In this document: piece after piece, positions 51,284 through 62,186 of the stretch
How positions within the stretch are numbered: position 1 is the first letter of the stretch
How the letters are laid out: the number at the start of each line of letters is the position of its first letter
NCBI GenBank assembly: GCA_965262115.1
Contig: OZ253496.1
Span: forward strand, 2,048,001 to 2,112,000
DNA length: 64,000 nt
Reading direction: 5' to 3'
Origin: Nitrospinales bacterium
GTDB taxonomy: Bacteria; Nitrospinota; Nitrospinia; Nitrospinales; VA-1
The notes under the pieces: generated by a model
What the model was told of the DNA's origin: nothing
What the model saw: only the letters and a program-made list of their open reading frames with translations
Databases searched by the model: none
Made by a program: the position numbers and the translations under genes

Positions 51284-53716
51284 ATGGGTACCCAGCACGG
51301 CAACTCCGCTTCTCAAGTAAGGGGTTCCGGGGAAATCGAAACACGGAAGGGCATACGTACCGGATTAAAAAATAAGTTGATCTGGACTATGCTTGGGGTT
51401 GGGGCCTTGCCCTTGATGCTGGCTATGATCCTTTCCTATTTGCAGGGAACGAAATCCCTGCAGGGGGTGATCGGAGCCAGCTTCAAGGCGCTGGCTTATG
51501 AAACTTCCACCAAAATAGATTTATTGATTGAGGGTGAGATTTCAAGGAACATCCGTCACGCCACCCACCCTTCCATCAGGTCTACCATTTCTGGTTTTAA
51601 CCAGACCCTCCTTGCTCTTGATCCTGCAGCACGGCAAAAATATATTGAGGAAGAGAGCGTTGGTTCACCCCAGTCCATTCTTGGTTCAGAAGCCAGCGGG
51701 GCACTTCACAGTTTCCAGAAAAGAAAAACCCTGTCTGTCCTCGCGACCCGTGCCTTATATATCACCGATGCGTTCGGGGTTCTCAGGGCCAGCGTTAATG
51801 ACTTCCCTGAATTTCTTCATATTGGAAAACCCGATTGGGAAAAAACCATTTCCAGCGAAAAAGATTTTGTTTATATGGGACCGGTCACCCATAACGCAAA
51901 GACCGAAGCCTTCCTGATGACCTTTGCTTTCCCGATCCTGAATGCACAAGAAAAGACCATCGGGGTTCTCCACCATGTATTTGATGTGAAGGAATTTTTT
52001 TCCAGTTACATGGAACCGATTACTTTCGGCGAGACAGGTCATGTCATGTTGATCGATTCGAGAGGAATGGTCCTGGATTGCCCGATATTGCCAACGGGGT
52101 TTTTGTTGCCAGACCCGGTTCTGGTCAAGAGTGTTACGGGGAAGAATCCGGATTGGGTCAAAACCATGGGGGACGGTCATGGCGGCGAAGATCTTTCCAT
52201 TATCGGGTTCTCACCTCTAGAGCAGACCCGGGAATGGATTACCCGGTCGGAAGGGAAAACCTGGTACACCTTTGCGTGGCAGGCTTCGGATGAATTATTT
52301 GCTCCCATGCAAAAACTTTTTTTATGGATCTCCATGGCCGGGGTGGTTTCTATCCTGTTGATCGGGGGTATGGGTTCCCTGGCGGCAAAGAAAATTGTCC
52401 AACCCATTCGCGACCTTCAGAAAGCCACAGAGCGTATTGGTAAAGGTGAAAAAGTTGAGCCGCTGGAAATCAAGACGGGAGATGAACTTGAGGCGCTAGC
52501 CAATGAAGTCAACCTGATGAACGATTTGTTGCAAAAATCTTTTTCAGGGATGGAACACCAGGTGCTCGAAAAAACTGAGGAGGTTCTTTATCTCAAAGAA
52601 TACACCGACAGCATTCTCAGGAGCGTTCCCGATGCGGTGGTTATTTTTGATCCCAATTTAAAAATAGAATATATGAATGGGGCGTTTGAGACTGTTGCCC
52701 AGCAAACCGCCGGCCAACTTCAAGGACATTCTCTAATGGACTTGGGACTCGAGTCCGCCTCGACCTGGAAAGTTGTACAGGATGAACTCCTCAATTTTTA
52801 TAGTGAAATCGTTCCCATTTCCTCCCGAAAGATGGGGGATCAGACTATACAATGTTATACCGCTCAAGATCCTCTTGCCCCTAAGGAATCTCCTTCCCTG
52901 CAAAGCATGAAACAAACCGTCAAGCTGGATGGGAAGATTTTCGCATTTCAGATTTTTGATATTGTCATTCACGACGACAGTGGCAAACGATTGGGATTGC
53001 TTTTAAGGGATGTTACTGAAGATGTGGAGCTGCACAACCAATTGGCTATGGCGGAAAAACTGTCTGGTTTGGGCACACTCGCTGCGGGCATCGCCCATGA
53101 ATTGAACAATCCGTTGGTTTCCATCATGGGTTTTACTGAAGCCATCATAGGTGAAAAGGATCAGGGTAAAATTCAAAAATATGCCGGCAAAGTTTTTGAC
53201 CGTTCCAAACATATGGCGTCGATTATTCTCAATATGTCGGGTTACACGCGCTCGGCCGGGTTGGTGGAAGAAAAAGAAGTGGACCTCAATGAACGGATCG
53301 AGGCGGCCATTGAGATCGCTATTCTTGCTTCCTATAACAATGACATCAAAGTGGATAAAAATTTTTCTGAGCTACCACCTATCAAGGCAAAACCTGAGGA
53401 AATTCAACAGATCTTTATCAATCTGCTGACTAATGCCGTGCAGGCGATGGAAGGCAAAGGGAAACTGAGCATTTCAACAGAAGGGCAAAATGGAAATGTT
53501 CTCGCGACAATTAGAGATACAGGGCCGGGTATTCCACAAGAATACTTGTCGAAAATTTATGATCCATTTTTTACCACCAAGGAGCAGGGCAGAGGGACCG
53601 GCTTGGGACTGAACATCGTCCATAAACTGGTGGTGAAACTTGGAGGAAAGATTGATGTCTCCTCACGGGAAGGAAAAGGAACCACATTCTCCCTGACATT
53701 CCCCGCCAGCCAATAA
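51284..53716 (+). CDS. Sensor histidine kinase (periplasmic Cache-like, HAMP, PAS, HisKA, HATPase)
   Basis: Two TMs; [26 protein letters not shown] and GTGLGL. Confidence 0.93.
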   Translation: MGTQHGNSASQVRGSGEIETRKGIRTGLKNKLIWTMLGVGALPLMLAMILSYLQGTKSLQGVIGASFKALAYETSTKIDLLIEGEISRNIRHATHPSIRSTISGFNQTLLALDPAARQKYIEEESVGSPQSILGSEASGALHSFQKRKTLSVLATRALYITDAFGVLRASVNDFPEFLHIGKPDWEKTISSEKDFVYMGPVTHNAKTEAFLMTFAFPILNAQEKTIGVLHHVFDVKEFFSSYMEPITFGETGHVMLIDSRGMVLDCPILPTGFLLPDPVLVKSVTGKNPDWVKTMGDGHGGEDLSIIGFSPLEQTREWITRSEGKTWYTFAWQASDELFAPMQKLFLWISMAGVVSILLIGGMGSLAAKKIVQPIRDLQKATERIGKGEKVEPLEIKTGDELEALANEVNLMNDLLQKSFSGMEHQVLEKTEEVLYLKEYTDSILRSVPDAVVIFDPNLKIEYMNGAFETVAQQTAGQLQGHSLMDLGLESASTWKVVQDELLNFYSEIVPISSRKMGDQTIQCYTAQDPLAPKESPSLQSMKQTVKLDGKIFAFQIFDIVIHDDSGKRLGLLLRDVTEDVELHNQLAMAEKLSGLGTLAAGIAHELNNPLVSIMGFTEAIIGEKDQGKIQKYAGKVFDRSKHMASIILNMSGYTRSAGLVEEKEVDLNERIEAAIEIAILASYNNDIKVDKNFSELPPIKAKPEEIQQIFINLLTNAVQAMEGKGKLSISTEGQNGNVLATIRDTGPGIPQEYLSKIYDPFFTTKEQGRGTGLGLNIVHKLVVKLGGKIDVSSREGKGTTFSLTFPASQ

Positions 53717-53855
53717 AAGTCCAAAAACCTAAACCAACGAAGGGGTATTAGCGTCACCACCACATTTATCCCTGTAGGGCACGAAGTACCCGTGCCGGGC
53801 ATGAAGAGGTCACACGCGTCACAGCCACGAAAAAATATCACCGCCCACCGGTCGG

Positions 53856-55532
53856 TTAACGAATAGTAAGTTTTTTATATTTTGACCTTCTGTTTTCTTC
53901 TTTGCCACCCAATTCCTGTTTGCGTTTTTCCTGATACTCCTCGAAGTTTCCTTCGAACCATCGCACTTTGCTGTTGCCTTCAAAAACCAGAAGGTGGGTG
54001 CAGATGCGGTCGAGAAAAAACCGGTCATGGCTGATAACCAGGACGCATCCGCTGAAATCAAGAATGGCGTTTTCGAGATTGCGCAAGGTGGTTACATCCA
54101 GGTCGTTGGTGGGCTCGTCCAGAAGCAGGACATTTCCACCCCTTCTGAGAAGTTTTGCCAGATGAACCCGGTTGCGTTCTCCGCCTGAAAGTTCCCCCAC
54201 TTTTTTTTGTTGGTCGGGACCTTTGAAATTGAACCGTCCGACATAGGCTCTGGAAACGATTGTTTTTCCCGCGACTTCGATATTCTCGGTGCCTCCGGTG
54301 ATTTCTTCGAAGACAGTGTTGTCGGGGCTTAGATTGTGACGGTGCTGGTCAACGTAAGAAAGTTTTACCGTGGACCCCAGCTTGAGAGTTCCGGAATCGG
54401 GTAGTTCTTCGCTGGCGATCATGCGGAACAAAGTGGTTTTGCCAGTGCCATTAGGGCCGATCAATCCGACCACCGCCCCACGAGGTACCGAGAAAGTGAG
54501 GTCTTTGATGATGGGCTCTTCTTCCTGATAGCCTTTACTGAGAGAGTCGGCTTCGATCACCTGTTCGCCGAGTTGCGGGCCGGGAGCGATCTGGATTTCA
54601 AGCGAGTTATCTTCCAGGTCTACTTTGCGTGCGGAAAGTTTTTCGTATTCGGTGATCCGGCCTTTATTGTGTTTGCGTCTGGCGCCAGGAGTTTCCCTCA
54701 ACCATTGCAATTCTTTTTCCAGTCGTTTTTGCAGGGTCGATGCGGATTTTTCCCTTCGCCTCAGGATTTCGGCCTTTTGTTCCAGCCAGGAACTGTAGTT
54801 GCCTTCAAACGGTTTGCCTTTCCCGCCTTCCAATTCAAGGATCCATTTAGTGATGTTGTCGAGAAAATACCGGTCATGGGTGGAGACGATGATGTTGCCG
54901 GGATAATTGGAGAGCGTGTCTTCCAGCCATTGTACGGTCTCGGCATCAAGATGGTTGGTGGGTTCGTCGAGAAGAATCATATCGGGTTTTTGAAGCAGCA
55001 GTTTGCAAAGGGCAACTCGCCGGGCTTCGCCCCCTGAGAGAGTTCCCGCTTTCTGGTCATCGGCAGGAAGCACGAGAGCATCCATCGCCACTTCCACCTG
55101 CCGATCCAGTTCCCATCCGTCCGCGGCGTCAATTTGATCCTGAAGTCGGCCCATTTTTTCCATGGCTTTTTCCATTTCCTCATCCGACATGGGTTCTGCC
55201 ATTTTGGCGCTGACCTCGTTGAACTCTTCAATCATTTTTTTAATGTCGCTAAAAGCCTGTTCCACATTTTCCCGGACGGTTTGCTCGTCGTCCAGAACCG
55301 GTTCTTGAGGCAGGAACCCGATCGTGGTTCCCTTTAAGGGCGTGGCGCGTCCATCAAATTCCTGATCCTCTCCTGCCATGATTTTAAGAATGGTGGATTT
55401 ACCCGATCCATTTTCTCCGACGATACCAATCTTGGCGCCATGATAAAAACTAAGATTGATTCCATTCAGCACCTCGTTACGTCCATAACGTTTGACCAGG
55501 TCCTGCATGGTGAAAATATATTCTCCTGCCAT
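53856..55532 (-). CDS. ettA: Energy-dependent translational throttle protein EttA (ABC-F)
   Basis: [20 protein letters not shown], two ABC domains, YVDQ and WFEGNF; start at ATG 55532. Confidence 0.93.
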   Translation of the reverse strand: MAGEYIFTMQDLVKRYGRNEVLNGINLSFYHGAKIGIVGENGSGKSTILKIMAGEDQEFDGRATPLKGTTIGFLPQEPVLDDEQTVRENVEQAFSDIKKMIEEFNEVSAKMAEPMSDEEMEKAMEKMGRLQDQIDAADGWELDRQVEVAMDALVLPADDQKAGTLSGGEARRVALCKLLLQKPDMILLDEPTNHLDAETVQWLEDTLSNYPGNIIVSTHDRYFLDNITKWILELEGGKGKPFEGNYSSWLEQKAEILRRREKSASTLQKRLEKELQWLRETPGARRKHNKGRITEYEKLSARKVDLEDNSLEIQIAPGPQLGEQVIEADSLSKGYQEEEPIIKDLTFSVPRGAVVGLIGPNGTGKTTLFRMIASEELPDSGTLKLGSTVKLSYVDQHRHNLSPDNTVFEEITGGTENIEVAGKTIVSRAYVGRFNFKGPDQQKKVGELSGGERNRVHLAKLLRRGGNVLLLDEPTNDLDVTTLRNLENAILDFSGCVLVISHDRFFLDRICTHLLVFEGNSKVRWFEGNFEEYQEKRKQELGGKEENRRSKYKKLTIR

Positions 55533-55543
55533 AATCCCTCTCT

Positions 55544-55667
55544 CCACTAGGCGTGGGGCCAGCGTGCAATAGCTCTGCTTGGCTGGCAAAAAGTTTTCTC
55601 GGCCTAATAGCCTTTACTATTTCCCTTTCACGGGAGTGAGTTGCTATCTGCCTCACTCGCTAGAGGC
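55544..55667 (+). repeat. Modular intergenic repeat copy
   Basis: CCACTAGGCGTGGGGCCAGCGTGCAATAGCT...CTCGCTAGAGG. Confidence 0.78.
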
Positions 55668-56298
55668 CCGGGCGGGGCCCGGGTTTCTTTAATACCACAA
55701 AATCATGTTTATTGTTGAAGACCAGTTTAAATCCCATATTTTCTGCCAGCCACTGGAAGGTCTGGGAACAGTAAAAAATAATATGGGTGGGGTCGCGTTT
55801 ATAATACCAGTCTGCAAAATCCTCTATAGGATAAAACCGGGTCATGATCGCTAGAACTCCTCCCGGTGCCACTTTGTCAGTAATGCGCGGGATTTCTTCG
55901 GTCGGATTTCTGAAATGCTCAAAGGTCTCTGTAGAGATGACAAGATCATAAAGTTTGTCCAAACGAGTGGCGGGGAAAAAATTCTGGTCATAACCGTCCG
56001 TCTTAATTCCCTGTCTTTCCAGCAGGGTTTTCAAGACAGGCTCATAGCCGCAGCCATAGTCCAGAGCCGATTTAATTTCGTATTCTTGAAGCAGGTCTAT
56101 TTTTTCCTGAAACATGCGGACATAACCTTCGTTCTCAAGGCTGTTTTCATGTTCCAGATAGCGTTTGACCTCTTCATCTTTGGGGATATGGAATTCTGCG
56201 GGAACGGAGATTACCCGGCACTCTGAGCAGAGCCAGTATTCCCGGCTTTCTCCGGAGGTTAGGTAATGGGCTGAAAAATTACATAATGGACATTTCAT
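55660..56298 (-). CDS. Class I SAM-dependent methyltransferase with N-terminal Zn ribbon
   Basis: CPLC...CSEC, LDYGCG, ETFEHF and WYYKRDPTH. Confidence 0.88.
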   Translation of the reverse strand: MKCPLCNFSAHYLTSGESREYWLCSECRVISVPAEFHIPKDEEVKRYLEHENSLENEGYVRMFQEKIDLLQEYEIKSALDYGCGYEPVLKTLLERQGIKTDGYDQNFFPATRLDKLYDLVISTETFEHFRNPTEEIPRITDKVAPGGVLAIMTRFYPIEDFADWYYKRDPTHIIFYCSQTFQWLAENMGFKLVFNNKHDFVVLKKPGPRPGL

Positions 56299-56343
56299 CC
56301 CACTGACTCTCCTGAAACTTTCCTGTTGTGATCGGGATTTTCC

Positions 56344-56372
56344 TTGATTCTTTCTATTTGCTCCATGATAAT
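56344..56372 (+). promoter_or_regulatory. Candidate sigma70 promoter for efp
   Basis: TTGATT-N17-GATAAT. Confidence 0.4.
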
Positions 56373-56443
56373 CGTTGCTTCCAAGGGTGAAAAATTCGTT
56401 TTATCCTGCTTCAACAAATCAGAAAATTTAAGGGATTTGTCGA

Positions 56444-57016
56444 ATGGTTGCTTTTGTTAATGGTAACGGGCTTCGTCCCGGTTATGTGATCAAGGTAAAA
56501 GGTGATTTATATCGTGTTATGTCGGCCGAACATCGCACTCCAGGAAAAGGCAAGGCCTCCATGCAGGCTAAGCTTAGAAAACTAAAGGATGGAACGCAAA
56601 CAGAAATCAAGTTCCGCGCTGATGAATCGGTTGAGCGTGCCGAAATGGAGCAGGTGGAGATGGAATATCTGTATGATGATCCTTCGGGCTTATGTTTTAT
56701 GAACTGCGAAACTTATGAGCAGACATTCCTGAACGAAAAAATCATGGGCGATGACAAGAAGTTCCTTCTGCCCAATGCCAAGGTGACGGTTGAGTTTTGT
56801 GACGACAGCCCCATTGGTGTGTTTTTCCCTGAGGCCGTGGAACTCAAAGTGACTGATACTGAGCCTCCTCTGAAAGGAGCGACCGCTTCTGGTTCGGGAA
56901 AACCCGCGACGCTTGAAACCGGTCTAGTGGTGACAGTACCGCAGTTTATTCAAATAGGTGAAATGGTACGCGTTTCGACCACATCGGGAGAGTATTTGGA
57001 ACGGGCAAAGAAATGA
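56444..57016 (+). CDS. efp: Elongation factor P
   Basis: TPGKG loop, KPATLETG and VPQFI..GE...GEYLER. Confidence 0.96.
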   Translation: MVAFVNGNGLRPGYVIKVKGDLYRVMSAEHRTPGKGKASMQAKLRKLKDGTQTEIKFRADESVERAEMEQVEMEYLYDDPSGLCFMNCETYEQTFLNEKIMGDDKKFLLPNAKVTVEFCDDSPIGVFFPEAVELKVTDTEPPLKGATASGSGKPATLETGLVVTVPQFIQIGEMVRVSTTSGEYLERAKK

Positions 57017-57105
57017 TTCCCAAGGGAGAGAGTGACCGTCTCGCCGTCAACTTATTTGAATTTGCCCCGATTATATTTCCCTCCGTATTTTCTTAGCAAT
57101 AATAT

Positions 57106-57134
57106 TTGACTTAAACCGGAGATTTAATTAAAGT
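57106..57134 (+). promoter_or_regulatory. Candidate sigma70 promoter for the tol operon
   Basis: TTGACT-N17-TAAAGT. Confidence 0.45.
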
Positions 57135-57221
57135 AAATTGTTGATTTAATTAGAAGAAAATAAACTTATACCTTTTGGCGTCCTGCCTTTGGGCCTCAAT
57201 TTTTCCGCGAAGAGGTTCCGT

Positions 57222-57986
57222 GTGCAAAATGTAATTTCTGATAGTCCATTAAGTGTTGTTGAGTTGGTCATGCAGTCGAGTTTGATGGCCAAAGGGGTTT
57301 TGTTCTTGCTCCTGGTATTTTCCATTGTTTCTTGGGCGATCATTTTTAACAAATTCATTTCCTATCGAAAAGCAAAAGGTGAAGATGGCAGATTTCTGGA
57401 AACCTTTTCGAAGACAGAAAACCTGACCCGCATTTACAACTTTGCTAAAGAGTTGCGGGCCAGTCCATTGGCTCGGATATTTTTGACTGGCTACCGGGAG
57501 CTATATGTTTTTCAGGAGATGGCCAAGGAAGAACGTAAAAAACGCGGAGAACCCCCTTCTACAGGAGGGGAGCTGGTGACACCCAGAGACTTGAAGGGAA
57601 TTGGTCTTGCCCTCAATAAAGCCATCAACCGGGAAGTGGGACGGCTGTCGCGCCGACTGGACTTTCTCGCTACAACAGGAAGCACGACGCCCTTTATTGG
57701 ATTGTTCGGGACGGTTTGGGGAATCATGCATTCTTTCAGGTCTATCGGGTTGCAGGGTACGGCCAGCATAGGGGGTGTGGCTCCGGGAATCGCGGAGGCG
57801 CTCATCGCAACTGCAGCGGGGCTGGTGGCGGCAATCCCGGCGGTCATTTTCTTCAATTACTTCAATAACAAAGTTATACTTTTTACATCTGCTATGGATG
57901 ATTTCTCATTGGACTTTGCTTACATGGCGGAAAAAAATTTCGTACAGGAACCGGTGGAAGAGGAAAACCTGTTCGATCTTTCGTAA
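57222..57986 (+). CDS. tolQ: TolQ (MotA/TolQ/ExbB family)
   Basis: LATTGSTTPFIGLFGTVWGIM and VAPGIAEALIATA; GTG start inferred. Confidence 0.93.
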   Translation: MQNVISDSPLSVVELVMQSSLMAKGVLFLLLVFSIVSWAIIFNKFISYRKAKGEDGRFLETFSKTENLTRIYNFAKELRASPLARIFLTGYRELYVFQEMAKEERKKRGEPPSTGGELVTPRDLKGIGLALNKAINREVGRLSRRLDFLATTGSTTPFIGLFGTVWGIMHSFRSIGLQGTASIGGVAPGIAEALIATAAGLVAAIPAVIFFNYFNNKVILFTSAMDDFSLDFAYMAEKNFVQEPVEEENLFDLS

Positions 57987-58014
57987 CCTTCTTCAGGTCT
58001 GAAAAAAAGCGTTT

Positions 58015-58416
58015 ATGTTAAAGCAACGAAGACCGTTTTTGGCGGAAATTAACGTGACGCCGTTTGTCGATGTTATGTTGGTGTTACTGGTTATTTTTAT
58101 GATCACAGCCCCGCTCATGCAACACGGCATGGAAGTCCAGCTCCATAAAGAATCGATCGCCCCTATCAGCATCAAAGAAATCCCCACCATCACTTTAAAG
58201 AGCAGTAAGAAAATATTCTGGAAGCAGGAGGAACTGGCAAACCTGATGGGGTTAACCCGTAAAGTGGAGCAGTATATCGAAGCCCATAAAGAAGGCGGAG
58301 TTTATCTGCGGGCAGACAAAACACTGGACTATGGCTTTGTCATGCATATCTTATCCACCGTGAAGCAGGCCGGAGTACAAAATGTTGGGATGGTGACCGA
58401 ACCTTCAACGTCATGA
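58015..58416 (+). CDS. tolR: TolR (ExbD/TolR family)
   Basis: EINVTPFVDVMLVLLVIFMITAP and LRADK. Confidence 0.92.
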   Translation: MLKQRRPFLAEINVTPFVDVMLVLLVIFMITAPLMQHGMEVQLHKESIAPISIKEIPTITLKSSKKIFWKQEELANLMGLTRKVEQYIEAHKEGGVYLRADKTLDYGFVMHILSTVKQAGVQNVGMVTEPSTS

Positions 58417-59675
58417 AAGTCCTGTTTTCCCGGTCCATTGATTTCAATCAGATGCTTGTGTTTTCTGTTTTTGGGCATCTTCTGCTTTTAACCGTTGTCT
58501 TGTTTCTTCCCAAGCCCGGTTTTTCGGCGAAAGTGGTGGTCCCGGCGTTTATGGTGAACCTGGTCAGTGAACCGACGGGGTTTAAGTCAGCCGCGGTACA
58601 ACGTTCGCAATCCTCGGCAAGAGTCAAGAAGCCAGGGGCAAAGCAGTTCGACAAAAAAAGCCCGGCTTTAAAGAAAAGCACGGCTTCCAAATCGAGTGAG
58701 GTGAAAAAGGTTTCCGCAGTCAAAACTCCCAAGTCCAACGGAATTCTTGAAAAGTTGAATGAGTTGGAAGCAAAGATGGCTCTCGCGACCCCGCTGGGGA
58801 AAAAAATGGTGGAAGAATTGGACCGGTTGGCGCGGTTGGAAAAACCAAAGCATAAACCCTTGGCGGCTAAACCTATTAAGAAGAAACCTCTTGGCGAGGA
58901 AACTTTTCGGGAATTGGACATTTTAAAAAATAAAAAGGTCAATGAAATAAAGGCTGTGGTGCCTATTCTTCTACATAATGATATTCTGGAGGATGTTGAA
59001 GAGCTTAAAGAGGAGGAAAGCTTACCCCGACCCTCTCTCGAAAAAAAACAGGCAGAAAAACCCAAAGGTACTGAAGTGGATTTGTTGAAGGAGTTACAAA
59101 AGTTGGCCAAGTTGGATGTTTCGCCTGCACCCGAAGTGGGAGCGCAGGAACCGGGTCCCCGGGAAAGTATAGAGAAGGGCAGTGAATCATTCGATTCCGT
59201 TATGGAGAAGTTTGGTGCTTTATCGGTCGAGTCCGAAACGATAAGAGTGGAAATTTCCAGTGCCAGGCTTGACTCTTCCAGCTTTCAAAGCAAATTGCGC
59301 AGCTTACCCAGGTCTTCCCCAGCTACAACTGAATCAGGAGTGGGGGGTTCCTATGTGTTTGCCAGGAAAGAAGGAACCCCGGGCGCGGATATTCAATCGT
59401 TGTATGTGGGCATGGTTCAGAAGAGAATTAATAAAAAGTGGCGAGAACCTTTAGCTCAAGAACATAATCGGGAAACAATTGTTGTCTTTTTTATTTTTCG
59501 CCATGGAAATATCGATAAGCCTGTTATCAAAAAAAGCTCGGGAGTGGAAGCCTTGGATACCCTTGCTGTCAGAGCTGTTTTGGACTCCATGCCTTTCCCT
59601 GAATTTCCTCAGGGGTTAAAGGCACCTAACCTTCGTATAGAAATGTATTTTAAATATGTTCCCAAAGACGAGTAA
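58413..59675 (+). CDS. tolA: TolA/TonB-like protein
   Basis: N-terminal TM with S..H motif, Lys/Glu-rich linker and C-terminal SSG..ALD..A.RAV...PFP; position in the operon. Confidence 0.78.
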   Translation: MKVLFSRSIDFNQMLVFSVFGHLLLLTVVLFLPKPGFSAKVVVPAFMVNLVSEPTGFKSAAVQRSQSSARVKKPGAKQFDKKSPALKKSTASKSSEVKKVSAVKTPKSNGILEKLNELEAKMALATPLGKKMVEELDRLARLEKPKHKPLAAKPIKKKPLGEETFRELDILKNKKVNEIKAVVPILLHNDILEDVEELKEEESLPRPSLEKKQAEKPKGTEVDLLKELQKLAKLDVSPAPEVGAQEPGPRESIEKGSESFDSVMEKFGALSVESETIRVEISSARLDSSSFQSKLRSLPRSSPATTESGVGGSYVFARKEGTPGADIQSLYVGMVQKRINKKWREPLAQEHNRETIVVFFIFRHGNIDKPVIKKSSGVEALDTLAVRAVLDSMPFPEFPQGLKAPNLRIEMYFKYVPKDE

Positions 59676-61005
59676 ATCCGGATTTTATTTATCTCTGATT
59701 TTAACGGTACTGGTGTTGTTGCAGACCCGGGCTGGTTTGGCCGCGCCTCAAATTCGCATTGACCTGGAACGTGAGACGCGGAAAAAGGTGGGGGTGGCGA
59801 TTACGGATTTTGTTGTAAAAGGTCCCGGCGCGGATGACCTGGAACTTGGCAAGGAAGCGAAAAAGATTCTGAAAAAGGATTTGATGCTTTCTGAATGGTT
59901 TTCTCCTCTGCAAGAACAGGTGTTTGAGGAATTGGAGAAAATGGAACGTTCGGGTTCTAAAGTGGACTACAGAAGCTGGCATCAGGTAGGAGCCCAGTGG
60001 CTCATTAAAACCGAATATAGTGTGTTGGCAAAGGGGAAAGGCCAGGTTTTTACCTTTCGACTCTATGACGCGGTGAATAAACGGTTCCTTCTCGCCAAAC
60101 GTTATAGCGCCTCGCGGGACCTGCTTCGAAAAAGCATTCATCGATTTGCCGATGAAGTGGTCATGCGGTTGACGGGAAAACGCGGCCTTGCGGAAACCCA
60201 GGTAGCTTTCCTGAATCAGGAAAACGCAGGCAAGGAAATCTACCTGGTAGATTTTGACGGACACAACCTGAGGCGGGTGACCCGCGATCATACGGTAAAC
60301 CTCAGCCCTGCCTGGTCTCCGGATGCTAAATGGATTGTTTATACCTCCTACGCGGCGCATAATCCGGATTTGATCATGATCGATACGGTCGGGGAAAAGC
60401 GGCAGACTCTCCACCGCCTTCCGGGTCTGAATGCTGCACCGGCCTGGTCTCCAGATATGCAGAGGATTGCCCTGGTGTTAAGCCGGGATCAGAATTCTGA
60501 AGTTTATATTTTGAATAGAGATCGCCAATTGGAACGCTTAACCCACCATTTCAATATTGATACGTCCCCCACCTGGTCTCCGGACGGAAAAAAAATAGCC
60601 TTCACTTCCGATCGCTCAGGAACCGGAGCCCCGCAAATTTATATAATGGATTCCGTCAAAGGTGACCAGTCCAAGGTGACTCGCATCTCTTTCGGTTCTG
60701 GTTATAACGATAACCCGGCTTGGTCTCCCAATGGGGATCAAATTGCCTACACATCGCGAGTGGGGAAAAGGTTGCAAATCAGAATATATGATCTAAACAC
60801 ACGTCAGAGCCAAGTCGTGACCAAGGGTTCTGGAAGTTGTGAGCAACCCAGTTGGTCTCCCGATGGCCGATTTATCATATATCGAAAGAGGGAAAATGAT
60901 CGGTACAATCTTTTCATCCAGAAAGCGGAGAGCGGCAGGGCAAGACAGCTGACTTTCTCCGGTAAGGGACACAGCCCCGCATGGTCCCCTTATTTCAAAC
61001 GCTAA
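59656..61005 (+). CDS. tolB: Tol-Pal system beta-propeller protein TolB
   Basis: Repeated P.WSPD motifs and H.FADEV...LTG..G. Confidence 0.93.
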   Translation: MFPKTSKSGFYLSLILTVLVLLQTRAGLAAPQIRIDLERETRKKVGVAITDFVVKGPGADDLELGKEAKKILKKDLMLSEWFSPLQEQVFEELEKMERSGSKVDYRSWHQVGAQWLIKTEYSVLAKGKGQVFTFRLYDAVNKRFLLAKRYSASRDLLRKSIHRFADEVVMRLTGKRGLAETQVAFLNQENAGKEIYLVDFDGHNLRRVTRDHTVNLSPAWSPDAKWIVYTSYAAHNPDLIMIDTVGEKRQTLHRLPGLNAAPAWSPDMQRIALVLSRDQNSEVYILNRDRQLERLTHHFNIDTSPTWSPDGKKIAFTSDRSGTGAPQIYIMDSVKGDQSKVTRISFGSGYNDNPAWSPNGDQIAYTSRVGKRLQIRIYDLNTRQSQVVTKGSGSCEQPSWSPDGRFIIYRKRENDRYNLFIQKAESGRARQLTFSGKGHSPAWSPYFKR

Positions 61006-61290
61006 GCAGTCCCCCGGCATCAAAAAATGACGAAATCAGGCTTGTGATCTGAACCCGTTTGCCTCACCATTTTAATATATCCTTTTTTAATGGTTTGGGC
61101 TTTAAAATTAAAATGTTTGGAATATTGGTATTTACGAAAAAATCACAAGTATTTCACTATTTTCGTTGTAATTATAACATAATTATAGGATGGTAAAGCT
61201 GTCCAATAAATTTTTAAGCGCAATAGATTCTGAAGCGTAGTACTATTTGGTTTGATAAATTCTGGGAAACTTTTTAGGCAAGGATTATAT

Positions 61291-62046
61291 ATGAAAACTA
61301 TGGATTGGAAGGCAACCACCATCGCAGTATTTTGTGTGTTCTTAACAACGGCTTGTTCGAAAAAGCTTATGCCGCTGGAGATCGAAACATCAGGGAGCGT
61401 CAGTAAAGGGACGGAAGGGAGCGTCAGTAAAGGGACGGAGTTTAGAGATTCCCCATCGTCAGACAGTGCCTTTGCCGACTCAGGCGGCTCAGGAGATTCC
61501 AGTTTCTTCAGCGAAGAACCTATTTTAGAATATGGATCTCCTTCAGGTGGTTTTTCTTCTGAAAGCTCAGGCAATGGTTCAAGTGGTTCTTCAGGCTCCA
61601 ACCCGTTTGCTTCGGGTGGACAGGGTCAGGACATGGGCCGCTGGAATCCCGATTCTTCAGGATCCACAGGCTCGGGCATGCAAGAGTCCCGGTTGCAGTC
61701 TTTCCGGGCATCGTCTGACTTGCAGGACATCCATTTCAAATTTGACCAGTATGATCTGGATAGCAATTCCAAAATGATCCTTCAGAAGAATGCTACTTTT
61801 CTCAAAAGCAATCCGAATGTGCGTGTAGAAGTTCAGGGTCATTGTGATGAGAGAGGCACCAATAATTATAATATTGCTCTGGGTGAGCGCCGTGCGCATT
61901 CCACCAAGAATTATCTGGTGTCTCAAGGTGTGGATTCCAGAAATGTGCATGTCATTAGCTATGGCGAAGAGAAGCCTTTCTGTTTTGAAAGTGGCAAAAC
62001 CTGCTGGTATCAGAACCGGCGGGCGCATTTTGTGGTTTCAAAATAA
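61291..62046 (+). CDS. pal: Peptidoglycan-associated lipoprotein with a long Gly/Ser linker
   Basis: LTTAC lipobox; IHFKFDQY, GHCDERGT..YN.ALGERRA, SYGEEKP and NRRA. Confidence 0.93.
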   Translation: MKTMDWKATTIAVFCVFLTTACSKKLMPLEIETSGSVSKGTEGSVSKGTEFRDSPSSDSAFADSGGSGDSSFFSEEPILEYGSPSGGFSSESSGNGSSGSSGSNPFASGGQGQDMGRWNPDSSGSTGSGMQESRLQSFRASSDLQDIHFKFDQYDLDSNSKMILQKNATFLKSNPNVRVEVQGHCDERGTNNYNIALGERRAHSTKNYLVSQGVDSRNVHVISYGEEKPFCFESGKTCWYQNRRAHFVVSK

Positions 62047-62091
62047 CCATTCCCTGTTTCTAACGATTCAGGATGGAATCGTATATAATAA

Positions 62092-62130
62092 GGCCGCGTT
62101 TGGGGGTTCGTCCCCGGCGCGGCTTTTTTT
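62092..62130 (+). terminator. Rho-independent terminator after pal
   Basis: GCCGCGTTTGGGG-GTTCGT-CCCCGGCGCGGC followed by a T run. Confidence 0.8.
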
Positions 62131-62186
62131 GATAAAAGAGCTTCAATTACCGGTACATTTAGATTTTTAACGAAAGAGCAAAATCC

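Noticed and set aside
55533..55589. N-terminal extension of EttA
   Set aside because: It lies in repeat DNA; EttA similarity starts at ATG 55532
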